A stretch of DNA of 64,000 nt from Paraspadella gotoi. Taxonomy: Eukaryota; Animalia; Chaetognatha. The stretch is from NCBI GenBank assembly GCA_051294375.1, contig CM119267.1, positions 3,032,297-3,096,296 of the forward strand, in the 5' to 3' direction. Position 1 is the first letter of the stretch; the number at the start of each line of letters is the position of its first letter. The translations under genes and the position numbers were made by a program. Below are positions 1-13,747 of this stretch, in pieces. The notes beneath the pieces are model-generated. The model was not told the DNA's origin, did not search any database, and saw only the letters and a list, made by a program, of their open reading frames with translations.

Positions 1-24
1 TCTCCCTCTTCTCTCTCTCCTCTA

Positions 25-55
<31 letters not shown>

Positions 56-1139
56 GGCTCACTACTATCTATCTTTTTCTCACTCTCTCACATAATTTAT
101 CTAGCTTTCACTAAACAATTCCCCCCCCCGCCTCCACCCCCCAGAACATATCCCTTCTCCGAAAAGTATAGATTTTTTCGCGTTTTTTATCTCGTTAAAA
201 AAACTACGGAAGAAAAGCCCCCCCCCCCTTTTTGGGGGGGGGAGATCGTCAAGGTCGGAAAAGTTCGCGACTTTCAAAAAAAAAAAAAAAGATAAAAAAG
301 GGAATCGATAATAAAGTCGATATCATCTTTTCCATTACGAAACCCAAAGCCTCATAAATCTTCCAGAAAAATTCAATTTTTTTTTTAATGCTTTTCCGAG
401 TCAAGAATCTTTCTTGACAAGACTAAAAATTAAAAATATAAACTTTTAAAGTAGAATCAGATATAAATTTAAATCGGTTATATATATTCAGTTAAATATT
501 TATATTTTTTTCCCCCTAATGAGTCGATTTATCCAACGAGAGAGAAACGTAAACCAACTTGATCCAAGCTAACGTACGAGCTCAAAAATAAAAGCACCTT
601 ATTCTTTGGTTTCACTTGTTCCGATTCTAATTTTTAACTTGTTGCATTTTGAATTTGAAGAAATGTTTATTAAAGAAAATATATACAAAAACTCGAACCA
701 TGCTTCTGTACAAGTTTCGAAATAAATACTCGATTGTTTCAATTCAATACAATGTATACATGTAACGAAGGGAGACGAAATTCATTTCAATCCCCAATAC
801 CCAATTCCCTATCCGTTATCTCCTAATCTTCCCAACAGAGGCGCTGGCGAATCGTCCAACCTTGAAGCCACCAACAAAAGGCAAACAGTTTACGAAAAGG
901 GGAAACCCTCATTCCCTTTGCCAAGAGATTAGTGTTTCCCCCTCTTGACCTTTCATTGTCTCTCGGCCGAATCTGCCGGATCTGCCGGATCTGCCGGGTC
1001 CCGGAGGCCGGAGCCCAAAACCGAGCAAAGCCCCGCCTCTTCTCCGCCTCTCCTCTTCAGTCCCCACCTCCCCTCCCCCGATTTCAACCGCCTCCCCTTA
1101 AAAAGCCTACAATCTTTTCCGTCGTTGTTTTCGGACATG

Positions 1140-1700
1140 CCGGATTCGGAATCGATCCCGGCGCCGAAAACGAGATCCCGGCGACGAAAACGAGATCTCG
1201 GCGCCGTAATCAAGATCCTGGGGCTGCAATCGAGATTCCGGCTCCGGAAAAAAAGATTTCAGCACCGCAATCGCGATCTGGGCGTTGCAATCATGGTCCC
1301 GGGGCGATGTAATTGAGAACCCAGCGTCGCAAAAAGAGATCCCGGCGCCGTAATCAAGATCTTGGAAACCACGTTCAAAATATCATCGCCGCAATCAAGA
1401 TCCCGGCAATCGAGATCCCAGCACCGCAAACGAGATCTGGGCATTGCAATTAAGGTCCCGGCGACGTAATTGATATCCCAGCGCCGCAAAAGAGATCCAG
1501 GCGCCCCAATAAATCTTGTCACCGCAAATCGAGATCCTGGCGCCGCAATAAAGAACTTATCACCTCAAATCGAGATCCTGGCGCCGCAATAAAGATCTTG
1601 TCACCGCAAATCTAGATCCTGGCGCCGCAATAAAGATCTTGTCACCGCAAATCTAGATCCTGGCGCCGCAATAAAGATCTTGTCACCGCAAATCGAGATC
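1140..1700. repeat. Degenerate tandem minisatellite (~20-bp unit, ~40-bp dimer unit in the 3' part)
   Basis: Units like gagatcccggcgccgcaaa recur. From ~1520 they become near-identical 40-mers (agatcctggcgccgcaataaagatcttgtcaccgcaaatc). Confidence 0.9.
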
Positions 1701-3852
1701 GCGGTTCAGAACAAACGACAAATTATTGAACCGGAAATTTCTACGGCGATTTATATTTTCCGCCATTTTGATCCATTTTTCCCGCCATTTTCTTTTCTGC
1801 ATTTAAATGCAAACTGCCGCAATTTTTTTTCGCAAATTCGTTTTGCTGAAAAAGCTTTTTTTATGTCAATGAGTATCATTTATTTTATATTTTTAACGTG
1901 ATATATATTAGATTCATATTCATAAATCAAACAAAGAGCAGAAAGTAACTTTTAATATATAGTAAAATTGATTAAATTTTTACATTTATTTTTAAAATTT
2001 AATAAAAAATAAAATAAAAATAAAAAAACGTTTGACGTTTGTTTATTTTTTTCCTAAATTTATAAGATTTTAAGAATTCAAATTTTTATCAATTCTTAAT
2101 ATGCGTTTTATTTCGAATTCAACTAGGTTGATTCAGTACAGAGAGGAGCATCAAAAAAAGCTAAGTCTAAAGACAAAACAAAGATAAAGATTGCGTGAAA
2201 ACGACCACTATAGACAAAACAAGATTAAAATTATTGATTAAAATATTTCAATCATAATAATAATAATAATATCACAGTAATAATGCAATCATATTATACT
2301 TAAGAATATTTCCTCGAGCTTTTAATTCTCCCTTTAGAATCTAATTTCGTCGAGACAAATTTTAACTTTTTTTAACTAATAATGCTTTTTTTTTTTAATA
2401 TAGTAAAATTTTTTAAAAACTTGGATCCCGACGCGGATTTTCCATTTAAAATTCCCAGACGGAACTCTTCTCACTCAATCGCACATTTTCTCCCGTCGAA
2501 TTTCCTTTCAGATTTGTTTCCCCTAAAATCCTCGGCGGAAATATCGACGTCTAAATCTCGCTTTTCCCTTTTCTCAGATTTTTCTCTCTCGGATTTATAT
2601 TCGGGACTCTCAGATTTATATTCGGACTCAGCGAATCGGATTTCGAGCTGTCGATGCAAACCGGGATTCGTTTTCTCGGTCCTTAATGCGTCGCTTGGTC
2701 TCTCGGCGACGTGGGCCTCGTTTTTCTTTTTCAAAATATCCCAGATTCTCGGCGCCGCTTGTTCTTTTTTTTTATTCGGTTCCTCCGCCTCGACATCTAT
2801 CCGCCATTTTTTTTTTACGAATTGTTTTTCAAAACAAAAGTTTAGAAAACTCTCTCTTCTTTTCTCATGAGGCGTAATTCCGTTCAAAAAATGACTTTTC
2901 ATCATAAATATTGTATGTTAAGGTTTTTTTTTCATTCCTCGTTTTGAATTCCCACTCGCCTCAAATTCATTTTGCTCATTTTTTATTCTGCCTGCTCTCT
3001 CCTCCTGCGTTTTTTTCCTCCTTTTCATTTGGGTTCGAAACTCGGCGCCATTTTTTCCAAACCATCTCTCTCCTCTCTCTTCTCTCTTCTTCTCTCTCTT
3101 CTCTCTCTCTCGCCCTCTCTCGTTATCTCTCTGTCCTCTGCTCAGTAAGTCGTCGTTATCTCTCCTCTATCACTCGTCTCTCGTCCTCTCTCTCTCTCTC
3201 TCTCTCTCTCGTGCTGTTTACAAAATATGATGGAGTCTTGGAATGTCGTTCTCTGGGAGCCAAGCGCCCGGATTCTTAGCGAGTCTCATCTTATATTTTT
3301 TTCCTTCCTCCTCCTCCTCCTCCTCCTCCTCCTCCTCCTCCTCCTCCTCTTTTTCTTACCATCTGTTATCTACATCATGAATCGAAAGCAGCAACGAAAG
3401 AAAATAAGGATGAGGCAAAAAAGAAAGAATAAAGAAAAAAAGAAAGAATACGTAGAAAAAGAAAAAAGAATAGAGAAAGAAAGAAAGATTGTTGATGGAA
3501 AGAATAGAGAAAGAAAGAGAGAAAGAATAGAGAAAGAAAGACAAAATAGAAAAAGAAGGAAAGAATATAGAAAGAAAGAAAGAAAAAAAGAAAGAAATAG
3601 AAAGAATGATCAAAAAGATAAAAAATAGTTATCTATTTATTGGAAACGATTTTATTTTTCAATAATTTCAAAAATAAAATCGTTGCAGAAACTATTTCAA
3701 ACATTTTCACTTAATGTCCAAACGCAACGAAAGTTTAGTGGACAAAAAAATGAATAAATATGGGATAAAAACGTTTGCGGCTAATGACAGTGAATTAGTT
3801 AATAATAATATTACTTGATACTTGAATAACTGATACTAACTACTTCCTATAC

Positions 3853-4027
3853 GAGACCGTGAGAGAGTCTTGATTGAAAGCTTGCAGGGGACCTGCAATG
3901 TTATTTTATTGTAAGAGTGATGGAAGCCTTAAATCACCAAAGCCTGTCCAAAGTCAGGGGCAAAGACAGCTTATTTATTTAATGAATGGATAATTCTATA
4001 ACTATATTGGTTGTACCAATTTCATAA
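3853..4027 (+). mobile_element. Short interspersed repeat family A (partial copy)
   Basis: The core gtgagagagtcttgattgaaagcttgcagggacc...ttggttgtaccaatttcata also occurs at ~5855-6083, ~10620-10845 and, reversed, ~35085-35322. Fragments occur at ~13380, ~34552, ~51270 and ~53940. Confidence 0.8.
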
Positions 4028-5294
4028 AAAAAACAAAAATAACAGCAAGCCAGTTTCGGCAAAGCAAAAGAAAACGAGAAGGAATACAATTGTCATTTTT
4101 GGCTTTTGTCGATGGGGAATAGAAAAACATTTTTGGCAGCAAAAAAAAAATAATAAAATCCACATGGAAGCGGCTTGCAAACGTCGATCCCATTTTCGTG
4201 GACGTAAACAAATAGTTGGCGCCGATGTCTTTGTCGTTGTTGTTGTTGTCGTTGTTGCCGAATCGAAGGGATTTCTTTTTTGACAGGATTCCACTCAATC
4301 TCTTTCTCTTTCCGACGTCTACGGGGCTGGACGAGGCCTAATGCTGCAAATGCTGCTAATGCTGCTAATGCTTAATGACGCACTGAGCCAATCAATGCCC
4401 AGAACTGATGTATAGGAGAATTCGTTTTCTTCGAAACGTATGTAAACGTAAAGAAATTTAAATGAATGGTTTTAGCGTAAAATAAACTACCAACAATATG
4501 AATTGAGTAATAGTTTTTAGTGGAGACTCCAGGCTATTGAATACTTTCTCTTGTCGAAATCTATTATCAAATTCCGAACATTTTATCCTTTTTTCTAAAA
4601 AAAAAAAGGACATAAACGAAATGTGTCTTTTGTTGATGCTTCTGGGCTTCTGCTCTCTACCTCTTTTTTCCCCCGCTTGGGAAACAATAACACGAAATTC
4701 GGCCAACAAAAGACAAACGGTTCAAAAAATAAAAAAATAAAAAAATAAAATCTCGCCTTCGATGCCTCAGTTGTTTTTTTTCATTCGAAATCGAGCGACG
4801 CGTTTTTCGTTTCAAAAAAAAAAAAGATAAAATTTCTTTGAATCGAAAATCGCGACGAAGAAAAATCGATTTAAGCAGAAAAAAAAATCCGATTCTCGTC
4901 GTGGACGCAGGATTCGGGCGATGATCGTAACATGAGGCGTTGCGAGGCGGTGTTGGCGGCGAAGGCGGCGGGGAAGACAGCGGCGACGACGGCGGGGAAG
5001 AAAGCGCCGGCGGCGGGCGAAAATCGAACGATAGCGTCGTCAGGGATGAGGGTAGGTCGAGATGGAAGCGAGAAACGCCCCCTTTCGATATTTTACACTC
5101 TTTTCTTATTACATCCGGGGGTCTTTCGTCCATGTCCATGTCCGCGGCGTCAAGCGTGTTACTCCTCAATCATTACCTGTTTTTTTCCTCAATGTTAGAG
5201 GCGTTGGGTATAACGCCTTTCGATCTCCTTATAATGTCAGCTCGTTTTTATTCTCGTCAACTATGCAACTATGCATAGTATGCATCCTACTATC

Positions 5295-5382
5295 GTGTCA
5301 CACCTCGCGTCTTCCTTTTCGTGTCACACCTCGCAATCGTTCAATAGTGTCACACTGGGCATCTCAATTTCGTGTCGCACCT
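5295..5382. promoter_or_regulatory. Cluster of four regularly spaced T-box-like half-sites (candidate enhancer)
   Basis: GTGTCACACCT at 5295 and 5321, GTGTCACACTG at 5347 and GTGTCGCACCT at 5372. TCACACCT is the canonical T-box half-site. Confidence 0.4.
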
Positions 5383-5854
5383 CTCGTATCCACTCCAGTC
5401 GCGCGGTTCGATTCGCTTCGGTGTTGTCAATGCAATCGTCATGGCAACGGCGTTGACTTGCGTCGCCGCCGCTGGAGGGGGACACTTGGTTCGTATCTAG
5501 ACGAGGAATCGATAATTTTTTTTTATTTGTTTTTTTTTTCTTATTTTAATGTAGAGGGGAAAAATATCGGGGAAAGGTTTAGATTATAACGGATATTTTC
5601 TACACCGTTGTAACTGTTAAGTTAGATAAGCTATCCTTAATTGTTTAAATGTTTTCCGAAAAAGAACCATGTCTAACATTTCAGAATTTATACATGCGTC
5701 GTTAGTGATTGATAAAGGTTGAATCAGAATTTGTTCTAAATTTTTTTTTTCAGGTGAAATAAGAAAATAAATTTGGGATAGACATTGCCTATTTCAAATA
5801 TTACAAAACCAATTTAGAAAGTTAGTATCTATATTTTTCTTTGTTGATTAAAAA

Positions 5855-6083
5855 TTCTTTGAAACATTATACCACTTCATCGATAGGGAAGCCAGGTACT
5901 CTAGGAGTGAATAAATAAGACAGTGAGAGAGTCTTGATTGAAAGCTTGCAGGGACCTATGTCATTATCTTGTCAGAGTGATGGAGGCCTTAAACCACCAA
6001 AGCCTGTCCAAAGTCAGGGGCAAGATAGCTTATTTATTAAATGAATGGATAATTTTTATATTGGTTGTACCAATTTCATAATA
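5855..6083 (+). mobile_element. Short interspersed repeat family A (near full-length copy)
   Basis: Visually similar to the copies at 3853, 10620 and 35085 (reversed). Confidence 0.8.
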
Positions 6084-8505
6084 AAAAATGGGAATATTAG
6101 ATTAGATTTTCAAACGTTTATATTGCAATTTAATAGTCAAAATACTAAAAATAACAGAACGAAATTTTCGATCCTGACGAATTCGATCCGAAAGTTTTGA
6201 CTCTGAGAAGAAACAAAACGTCAACCGTTGAGTTTGATCCCGCGCCCGCTTGGAACGCCACCAACGAACAAAACAAAAGGGTACAGACGAAGGACAATAA
6301 AGTCGAGTACAAGACAAACGGAGAGTTGGACAAGAAAAATTTGCAAGTGGCCTTTGTTGACACGAATCGGGGTAAAAAAAAAAAGGATTGAAACTTGAGC
6401 GAATTACAATTTGTAAATGTGATTTTATCTTTGCCGTAGAGATAGAAATGTTAACATTTTACTTCTTTATGAAATTACCTCGATTTTTATATAACTTGAT
6501 GAGATGATTTTAAAGTACAAGTATTTTATGGTCGGTTCTCACAAAGGCAGAATGAATGATCCTACTAGTATTAAATGTTAAATTCATACTACGGATCTGT
6601 CATCAGTCTGTCACACTGCAGATGGGTCCCATCCCGTCCCGTCCCTATTAATAATTTTTTCCCGTACATCCATGAAGAGCCAATACTCAAATCATATCCT
6701 GGCGGCTACAATATTCTACAATATTCTACAATGTTCTATTGTGACGATCTTAAAGGCCGAGTGGTCGAACGGATGTTTTGAACTCGAAGCCGACAAAGTT
6801 CCCGACTCCCGCATAAACTGGAAGAAGTTAAAGGACGAAGTAATCCAACGCTCATCTTGTGATAATAATCGTTAAAAAGTTAAGGATATAAAGTTAAATA
6901 CAAATGTCGTAATGAATACGGTTAAATTCAGGCGAAACCGATTCTTCACGACGATAGAAATTCCGTGGCGAGGACGAGAAGAAAGCATCGTTTGTCTCGT
7001 CGTCGGCGTTTTGACGCTGATTTCGGTCACGTGACTGAGAGCTCTTGGATTACTCATGGACATTAATCGAGATATGAATATTAAATAATTAATGATGAAG
7101 AAATGAGATAAATACTAATTAAGAACGCCTAAATTTTCGCCCCTGCGAAACACGACGTTTTTGTTAATTGAAATTCATTGTCTGTGCCGTTTTTCCATTG
7201 ATCAATGAAAACTGATGACAAAATTCATATTGTTTTTATTTACTCAACCTTCGCTTAACGAGTTTCAGAATATTGTCTTGCTATTTTGTCGGATTTGGAT
7301 ATTTACGGTGCTTTCGCTAAAGGATTCGACGTCAGCGACAAAAAAGCGGATCGAGCGGAAAACATATTCCTCAACAATAAGGTTGGGTTATAATCCACCG
7401 AAAAACAACCGTAAAGTTTTCTTTTTTTAACTTCATCGATGGATGTATATTCACTCCAAGGATGACAGCAAAAAATTATTGAGTATTATTGAATTATTTA
7501 AAAACTAATTATTTTTTCAAAAAACGCCAAAATCCCAGTCGGCGAAAGTAAAATTTTACCCCAAAGTATTATCACTTAGTATTGGTAAAGATTGAATAAT
7601 GGGGAAAAAAGGGATCAAAATGAAAGATAGATTATATACATTGTTTCGGGATTTTCTTACACAATTATGTCTAACCACGTTGGAAAATCGACTTCTGCTC
7701 TTGAAATATTCTTCGTAAATGAAAATTGAAATTCAGGAGCGACTTTGACGCCAAGAGAAATACAACACAATAGTTTTTTTTTTTAAAAAAAAGAAGAAAG
7801 TGATCTCTGTCTCTCAAAAGCTCTCAAAAAGGCGTCAAATTTTTTGAGAATGCGAATCGGAAGTTTGACGCTTTGAAGGACTTGAGACTTCTTAGTGACG
7901 ACGAACGACGACGACAACGACCATGAGAGCGACGACGACGACGACGACGACGACAACGACCATGAGAGCGACGACGACGATGAAAACGACGACTCTCTTC
8001 CAAAACAAATTTGGCGGAGTCGACGCGCCACTTTACTTTCTTCGCCACGATGCGTCGAGTCAAACTGGAGTTCTTTTTTTTTTTTGGTTATGAAAACTAA
8101 ATATTAATTACTCGAGAGTCATCGCTGGTACGTGATTAATATTTAATTCACTATAATATTGTAGCTGGGACTCCCACGTGTGATTTTAAATTAAATAACA
8201 ATTCATTTTCGAGTTATCATTTTATAACGTGTACGTAAGGCTTAAAAACAAAACAATATTTTAATTTAAATTTCTCTTTAGGTTCCGACGTTTGTTTTGG
8301 TTACATTCTTCTTCCTCATGCCCCCTCCTCTTCAATCCCCCTTCCACTCCCCCCACTTCTTCCCCCTCCCCCCTTTTCCCTTCTCTTCATCCTCCCTTCC
8401 CTGCCCCAAACTCCTACCCCTCTTCCCGAAAAAGGGCAGAAAGAAAAATAATCAGAATAAAAATAAAAGACGACGGACGACGACGACGACGACGACGAAC
8501 GACGA

Positions 8506-8537
<32 letters not shown>

Positions 8538-9461
8538 TCATAATCGTTTCGAGATTTTGTTTTGGAAAACGACGACGACGACGACGACGACGAAAAGGCG
8601 CGACGACTTCGAATTGAAACGAAAATAATTCATCCACGTGACTCGTCTAACGACAACTCCAGCTGGAATTATTATCAAGTACATTTATGATTGAATACGA
8701 ATATGTACGTCCGAACACTGTTAAAGCTGAAATAATTCTTTATGATTTAAGGATACCGTTGTTTATCGTTTATTGTTTAAACTTAAAAAAATTATATCCA
8801 TATTATATCCACAGTGGTATCTTAAAGTTAAAGTATGCACAGAATAAAAGAATTATTAACAACGATTAAAAAATAAATAAGTATGTCGTCAATGTAAACG
8901 ACATCGACTGTGTTCGAGTAATGAGAAGAATGAATTATAAATAATAACTGAGATCGTTTATAAATCTTCGACTCATACTCGTCATCTGGCGAATCAAGAC
9001 TCAAGACTCAAGGGCTCAGAAATGATGAGTTTGTCATTTTTTCCTTTGACAGGATGTTTGTCCCGTGGACGGAGGGTGGAGAGAGGGGCTGGACGGGTGG
9101 GGTGGTACAATTCAACCCGTCCGATCCGGTATTCACGCTAGAGATGATTGTTTTCACTCTCTTCTCTCTCTCTCACTCTCTCCCTCTCTCTCACACCTCC
9201 CTTCCGATTCCTAGCGATTAATTTCGCCCACTCCCTCTCTCTCTCCCTCACATCCCAACCACCACCGCCCCCTCCCACGACCTCCCAAACCGCCTCTCTA
9301 CCCCCCCTTCCCTCCCCCTTACCCTGCCCCCTAGAGGACGGCGGCTTATGGAGCCGCTAATGAGGGTAAGGGGGAAAAGCGTTTGGCCACCGCGGACTCG
9401 AGGCCGACAAAAGGTCAAGGATAAGTTAGAGAGGGTGAGGCGAGAGGGAAGAGAGAGAGAG

Positions 9462-9526
<65 letters not shown>

Positions 9527-9681
9527 TGAAATGAAGCGATCCTAATTTCGTCGGTCAGTTAACCGACGAGCTTTCGCTCTTGAAACCCGACGGCCGAACG
9601 ACGACGACGACGACGATGACGCTCTCCGCCTCTTGGCGTCTCGATGTCGCCGTCGCAGAATCTCAAGAGTTCGACGCTCCG

Positions 9682-9755
<74 letters not shown>

Positions 9756-10619
9756 ACAGAGGCAGCCCGGTCGGGACCGGTCTGACCCATAGGGGGCGTA
9801 AAGGGGTTGAGGGCTGGGGTGGACTTTTTCGGGGTCATCTTTAAGTCTTGATCATCGCATACGAGCCTTTGAATGAGTCTCTCTTCCCTCGATTCGTCGA
9901 GCTTTGAAAAGATAATGGGATAATTAACGCTAATACGTTTAATTAATATTGATATTGACTCAATTGAATATTATTCAATGAGTATTGTCTATGAAATACT
10001 TTTATTTATTCCATAGCTATATAAGGTATGTTTCATTCTTTTTTATACATTAATATACCATTTGATTTACATTTAAAGTTAACCTGAATTTTAAGCTCCA
10101 TATTTTCACTTCTCTGCTCCTATAAAATTGACCCTTTACCATTAACCCCTGAACCCTTTTGTCTGTCCCCTCTGACGCCGGGGGATCGTGAATCTTTGAC
10201 CAGTGACCAGTGACCACTGACCACCCTCTGAACTCCCCGTCTGAACTCCCCAGCATTGCCCACCACCACCCATACCCCCTTCCCGACCCTCCTTCCATTA
10301 ACGAATTTTCTTTGACGGATGAATCAATATTTTATGTTCTCCTCTCATTTTCTACGCGCGACTCATTATTCGATCGAGGAGGGAACAGTTACTGAGGGAC
10401 GAGAGACTGGAGAATGGAGAAAGAAAGAAAGAAAGAATAGAAAAAGAAGAAAGGAGGAATGAGGAAAGAAAGAAGAAATAAGAATGACCAAAAAGAGAAT
10501 AAAGAGATACATATTTTAAATTGTAGTGAAGGGGAGTGATGAAGGGACCGATCAATGAAGAAAACGAATTGTCATTTTTGGCTTTTGTCGTTAGGGAATA
10601 GAAAATCATTTTTGGCAGC

Positions 10620-10845
10620 AATACAATACAATTGACACATTCTTTGAAACATTTATACCACTTCATTAAATAGGGAAGCCAGGTACTCTGGGAGTGAATA
10701 AACGAGACTGTGAGAGAGTCTTGATTGAAAGCTTGCAGGGACCTGCTATGTTAATATCTTGTAAGAGTGATGGAGTTAGGTGCGAGATAGCTTATTTAAT
10801 AAATGAATGGATAATTTTTATATTTGGTTGTACTAATTTCATAAA
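10620..10845 (+). mobile_element. Short interspersed repeat family A copy with an internal deletion
   Basis: Same core as 3853 and 5855 but missing the aagcctgtccaaagtcagggg block. Its flanks match an empty site at ~4085-4172. Confidence 0.75.
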
Positions 10846-11379
10846 ATCCACATGGAAGCAGGGAGGCTGCAGACTCGAGACTGGACAGGAGACTTGACGC
10901 TTGAGACTTGACAGCGAAGAGTAATGAATGAAGACAGGAAACCGAGAGCGCGCGATTTTAGCGTCTTATTGAGATTTGATCCAAACCTTTAAGATAAATC
11001 AAAGTTTCGTTCGAATACGAATGGTCCCAAGGGATTAACCAAGTCGAGAAAAATTACCAGGAAAGTTATAATGGATCATTGAATGTATTGGAAAAAAGAT
11101 ATATTAAAATATACAAGAAGAGTCCAACATAATGTCGTTACAAAATTACCGCCTGTGAGAATAAAGGAGAAACAAAAATATAAATAAGTCGGCGAAAATA
11201 AACAGAAAATCGAAAAAAAAGGAAAAAAAAGAGAAAATCATTAGATCCTCCTTCAAAGGAAAGACTTCTTATCTTTCATCCACGAAAAGGTTCGCAAAAA
11301 AATAAAGATGGACATTCCGGCCTTATTTTCCCAAAGCGACCTGTTTCATCTTAAATTCGGAATTAAATTAGTTATTAAA

Positions 11380-11620
11380 TTTAAAGATTAGGTTAAAGGT
11401 TTATATTAAAAGTTTGGTTAAGGATTAGGGTTTAAGATTAGATTAGTGGTTAAGGTTAGGGTTTAAAGACTTGTGTTTAATGTTAAGGATTAATTATATT
11501 AAAAATAATAAAAATTAGTATTTAGGGTTTAAGGTTAAGGTTTAAGATTAGATTTTAGATAATGGCTAAAGATTATAATATAAGTTTTAAAACATATTAA
11601 GGCAAAATATTAAGGTTAAA
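11380..11620. repeat. Degenerate telomere-like (TTAGGG/TTAAGG) low-complexity tract
   Basis: Repeated ggttaagg, ttagggttt and gattag words. A similar tract lies at ~37640-37740. Confidence 0.6.
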
Positions 11621-12157
11621 TGGGACGCTTTGGGAAAATAGAACCTAATTTCCTTCATTCGTCTTTTCCTTCTTTTTTAGTCAACGTTGAAATTCATTTG
11701 GAGTTAAGGCGAGAAAGTCTCGGGTTCGAGGCGACTTCGCCGAAAAAGCCAGACGAATTTGCAAAAAAAAAAAGAACATCGACAACAACAACAACAACAA
11801 AAGAAGGCGGTTCTGTCGGTTTTGGTCGGTTTTGTCGGTTTTGGTCGGTTTTGTCGGCTTCATAAGTCGGTTTTGTTCGTCTTGAGGAGAAAAAAATTGT
11901 TTCAAGTTAATTTTCCCATCAGTTGGAGACCAAAGAAGAGATAAGAGGAAAGACAAATTCCGTTCGTGAAATTCTTATTTCCAGACTTAAAAAATATTGA
12001 TATAAGAAAACAAAACCAAGCGACTTTTGTCTTAAAGAGTACGAACATGAAAATAGAACATAAAATCCAAATATAAGTTATAGTTTTATTAGAATTGTTT
12101 ACTTACATGATCCATTTAAAAAAAAAGAAATTCACTTTAGATAGTCTGTCTCATCTC

Positions 12158-12207
<50 letters not shown>

Positions 12208-12229
12208 CTCTCTCTCTCTTTCTTCTCTC

Positions 12230-12291
<62 letters not shown>

Positions 12292-12310
12292 TCTCTCATC
12301 TCTCCCTCCA

Positions 12311-12346
<36 letters not shown>

Positions 12347-13134
12347 ACTCCTACACACACAGGTGCATATCATTAATGGCCAGTGTCGTTGCCCTCTTAA
12401 TTGCCAAATTCCCGGTCGCCGCATCGCGTCGCCCACTCAGTCAATAACATTAACAACCCGAGGAAATTTGTTAATTTCTTTTTTTCATAATCTTTCGTAA
12501 AGTAAAAATTAATAAAATTTTAACTTATTTTAATATTCTTAAATAGTTTCATCTTTCTCCGTTATATTTTTCCCGACTTTTTCCCCAATCCCCATTGACC
12601 TTCTACTCGCTACTCTTCTCCCTGCTTCCCTTCCCCCAACAAATCAATTCCCCCACCCCTTTCCTTTTCTCCTCCCCTTCCTCCTCCTCTCCATCCCTTC
12701 CCCCTTTCGTAATTCGCCCACCCCCTTCCTTCCTCCTCCCTCTCCATCCTTCCCCCTTTCGCAATTCGCCCACCTCCCAAAACGAAAGAATCAGATAAAG
12801 ATCTTCTACTTTGGCCACCAATCGCTTTTCCTGGGAACGGAAGAGATAGATAGATAGAAAGAAAGAGAGAAAGAAAGAGAGAAAGAAGAGCCTCAATGGG
12901 CGAAGTATTGGATGACGCGGTAACCACGACCGCCCCCCCCTCCCCTCGGAAAAAGGCCGAGATGACTACTTGCCATGTTGGATGAGAACATTGCAATTAA
13001 AGGTTTTTGGGGAATGTGATATAATTTTTAGTGCCACACAGACAGAACAAATTACCGCCTGTTTTGGTTCGCTTCAAAACTTCGGATCTAACTATATTCC
13101 GCTACTACAGGTTAGACGTCCCGTCTCGCTTACT

Positions 13135-13220
13135 ATCATTGACACCAATGGGGCTCGAACCCAAGGGCGCTTGGTTGAAAGGGAGAACGCTCGCTCTAAC
13201 GCCACCGTGGTTTCGCCGAT
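13135..13220 (-). mobile_element. tRNA-derived SINE head or tRNA pseudogene
   Basis: The minus strand has an A-box-like TGGCGTTAGAGCG, a CTTTCAA loop and B-box GGTTCGAGCC, but no intact acceptor stem. Confidence 0.5.
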
Positions 13221-13711
13221 GCAATCAGGCGGGTGGCGATAGTGAACGCGTTGCCACTTGCGTTGCCACTTGCCACAATATTTCAGTATTTCCCGATCAA
13301 AGATCCTTTTATTCATTTGAACCGGTTAAAATATGGGGATTAATAAATGACTACAATAGCTAATAAACAACTAAAAGAACGAGACTGTGAGACAGTATTG
13401 ATTGACAGTTGTCAGAGTCTTGCTTCTGTGCTTCAGTATGTAAGACTAAGAAGGATCGATCAGGGAGGTCTTAGTCCAAAGTCAAAGGTAAGAAAGCTTA
13501 TTTATAATAAATTTAATATCTGTATGTATGCATGTATTTTATTTATATGCATCAACTTCACAATATGATGGCAAAATTTATTCGCGTTTAATCGCATATC
13601 GAGTCTGCGATTTTTTTTTATTCTTTCAAATAAATAATTTACTCTTGGAGAGAGAAAAAAAAAGGAAAAAAAGAAAAAAAGAAGAAAAAAAAANNNNNNN
13701 NNNNNNNNNNN

Positions 13712-13747
<36 letters not shown>

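Noticed and set aside
2471-2905. 144-aa Lys/Glu-rich minus-strand ORF
   Set aside because: It is driven by homopolymer runs and short repeats, with no recognisable domain or supported splice partners.
5295-5382. Repeat-spacer pattern superficially like a CRISPR array
   Set aside because: The repeats are only 11 bp with ~15-bp spacers, the context is eukaryotic and there are no cas genes. Kept only as a candidate T-box cluster.
6700-7063. Two minus-strand exon-like segments (MSMSNPRALSHV...; ERWITSSFNFFQFMRE...)
   Set aside because: The splice phases I tested do not join and no homology was recognised.
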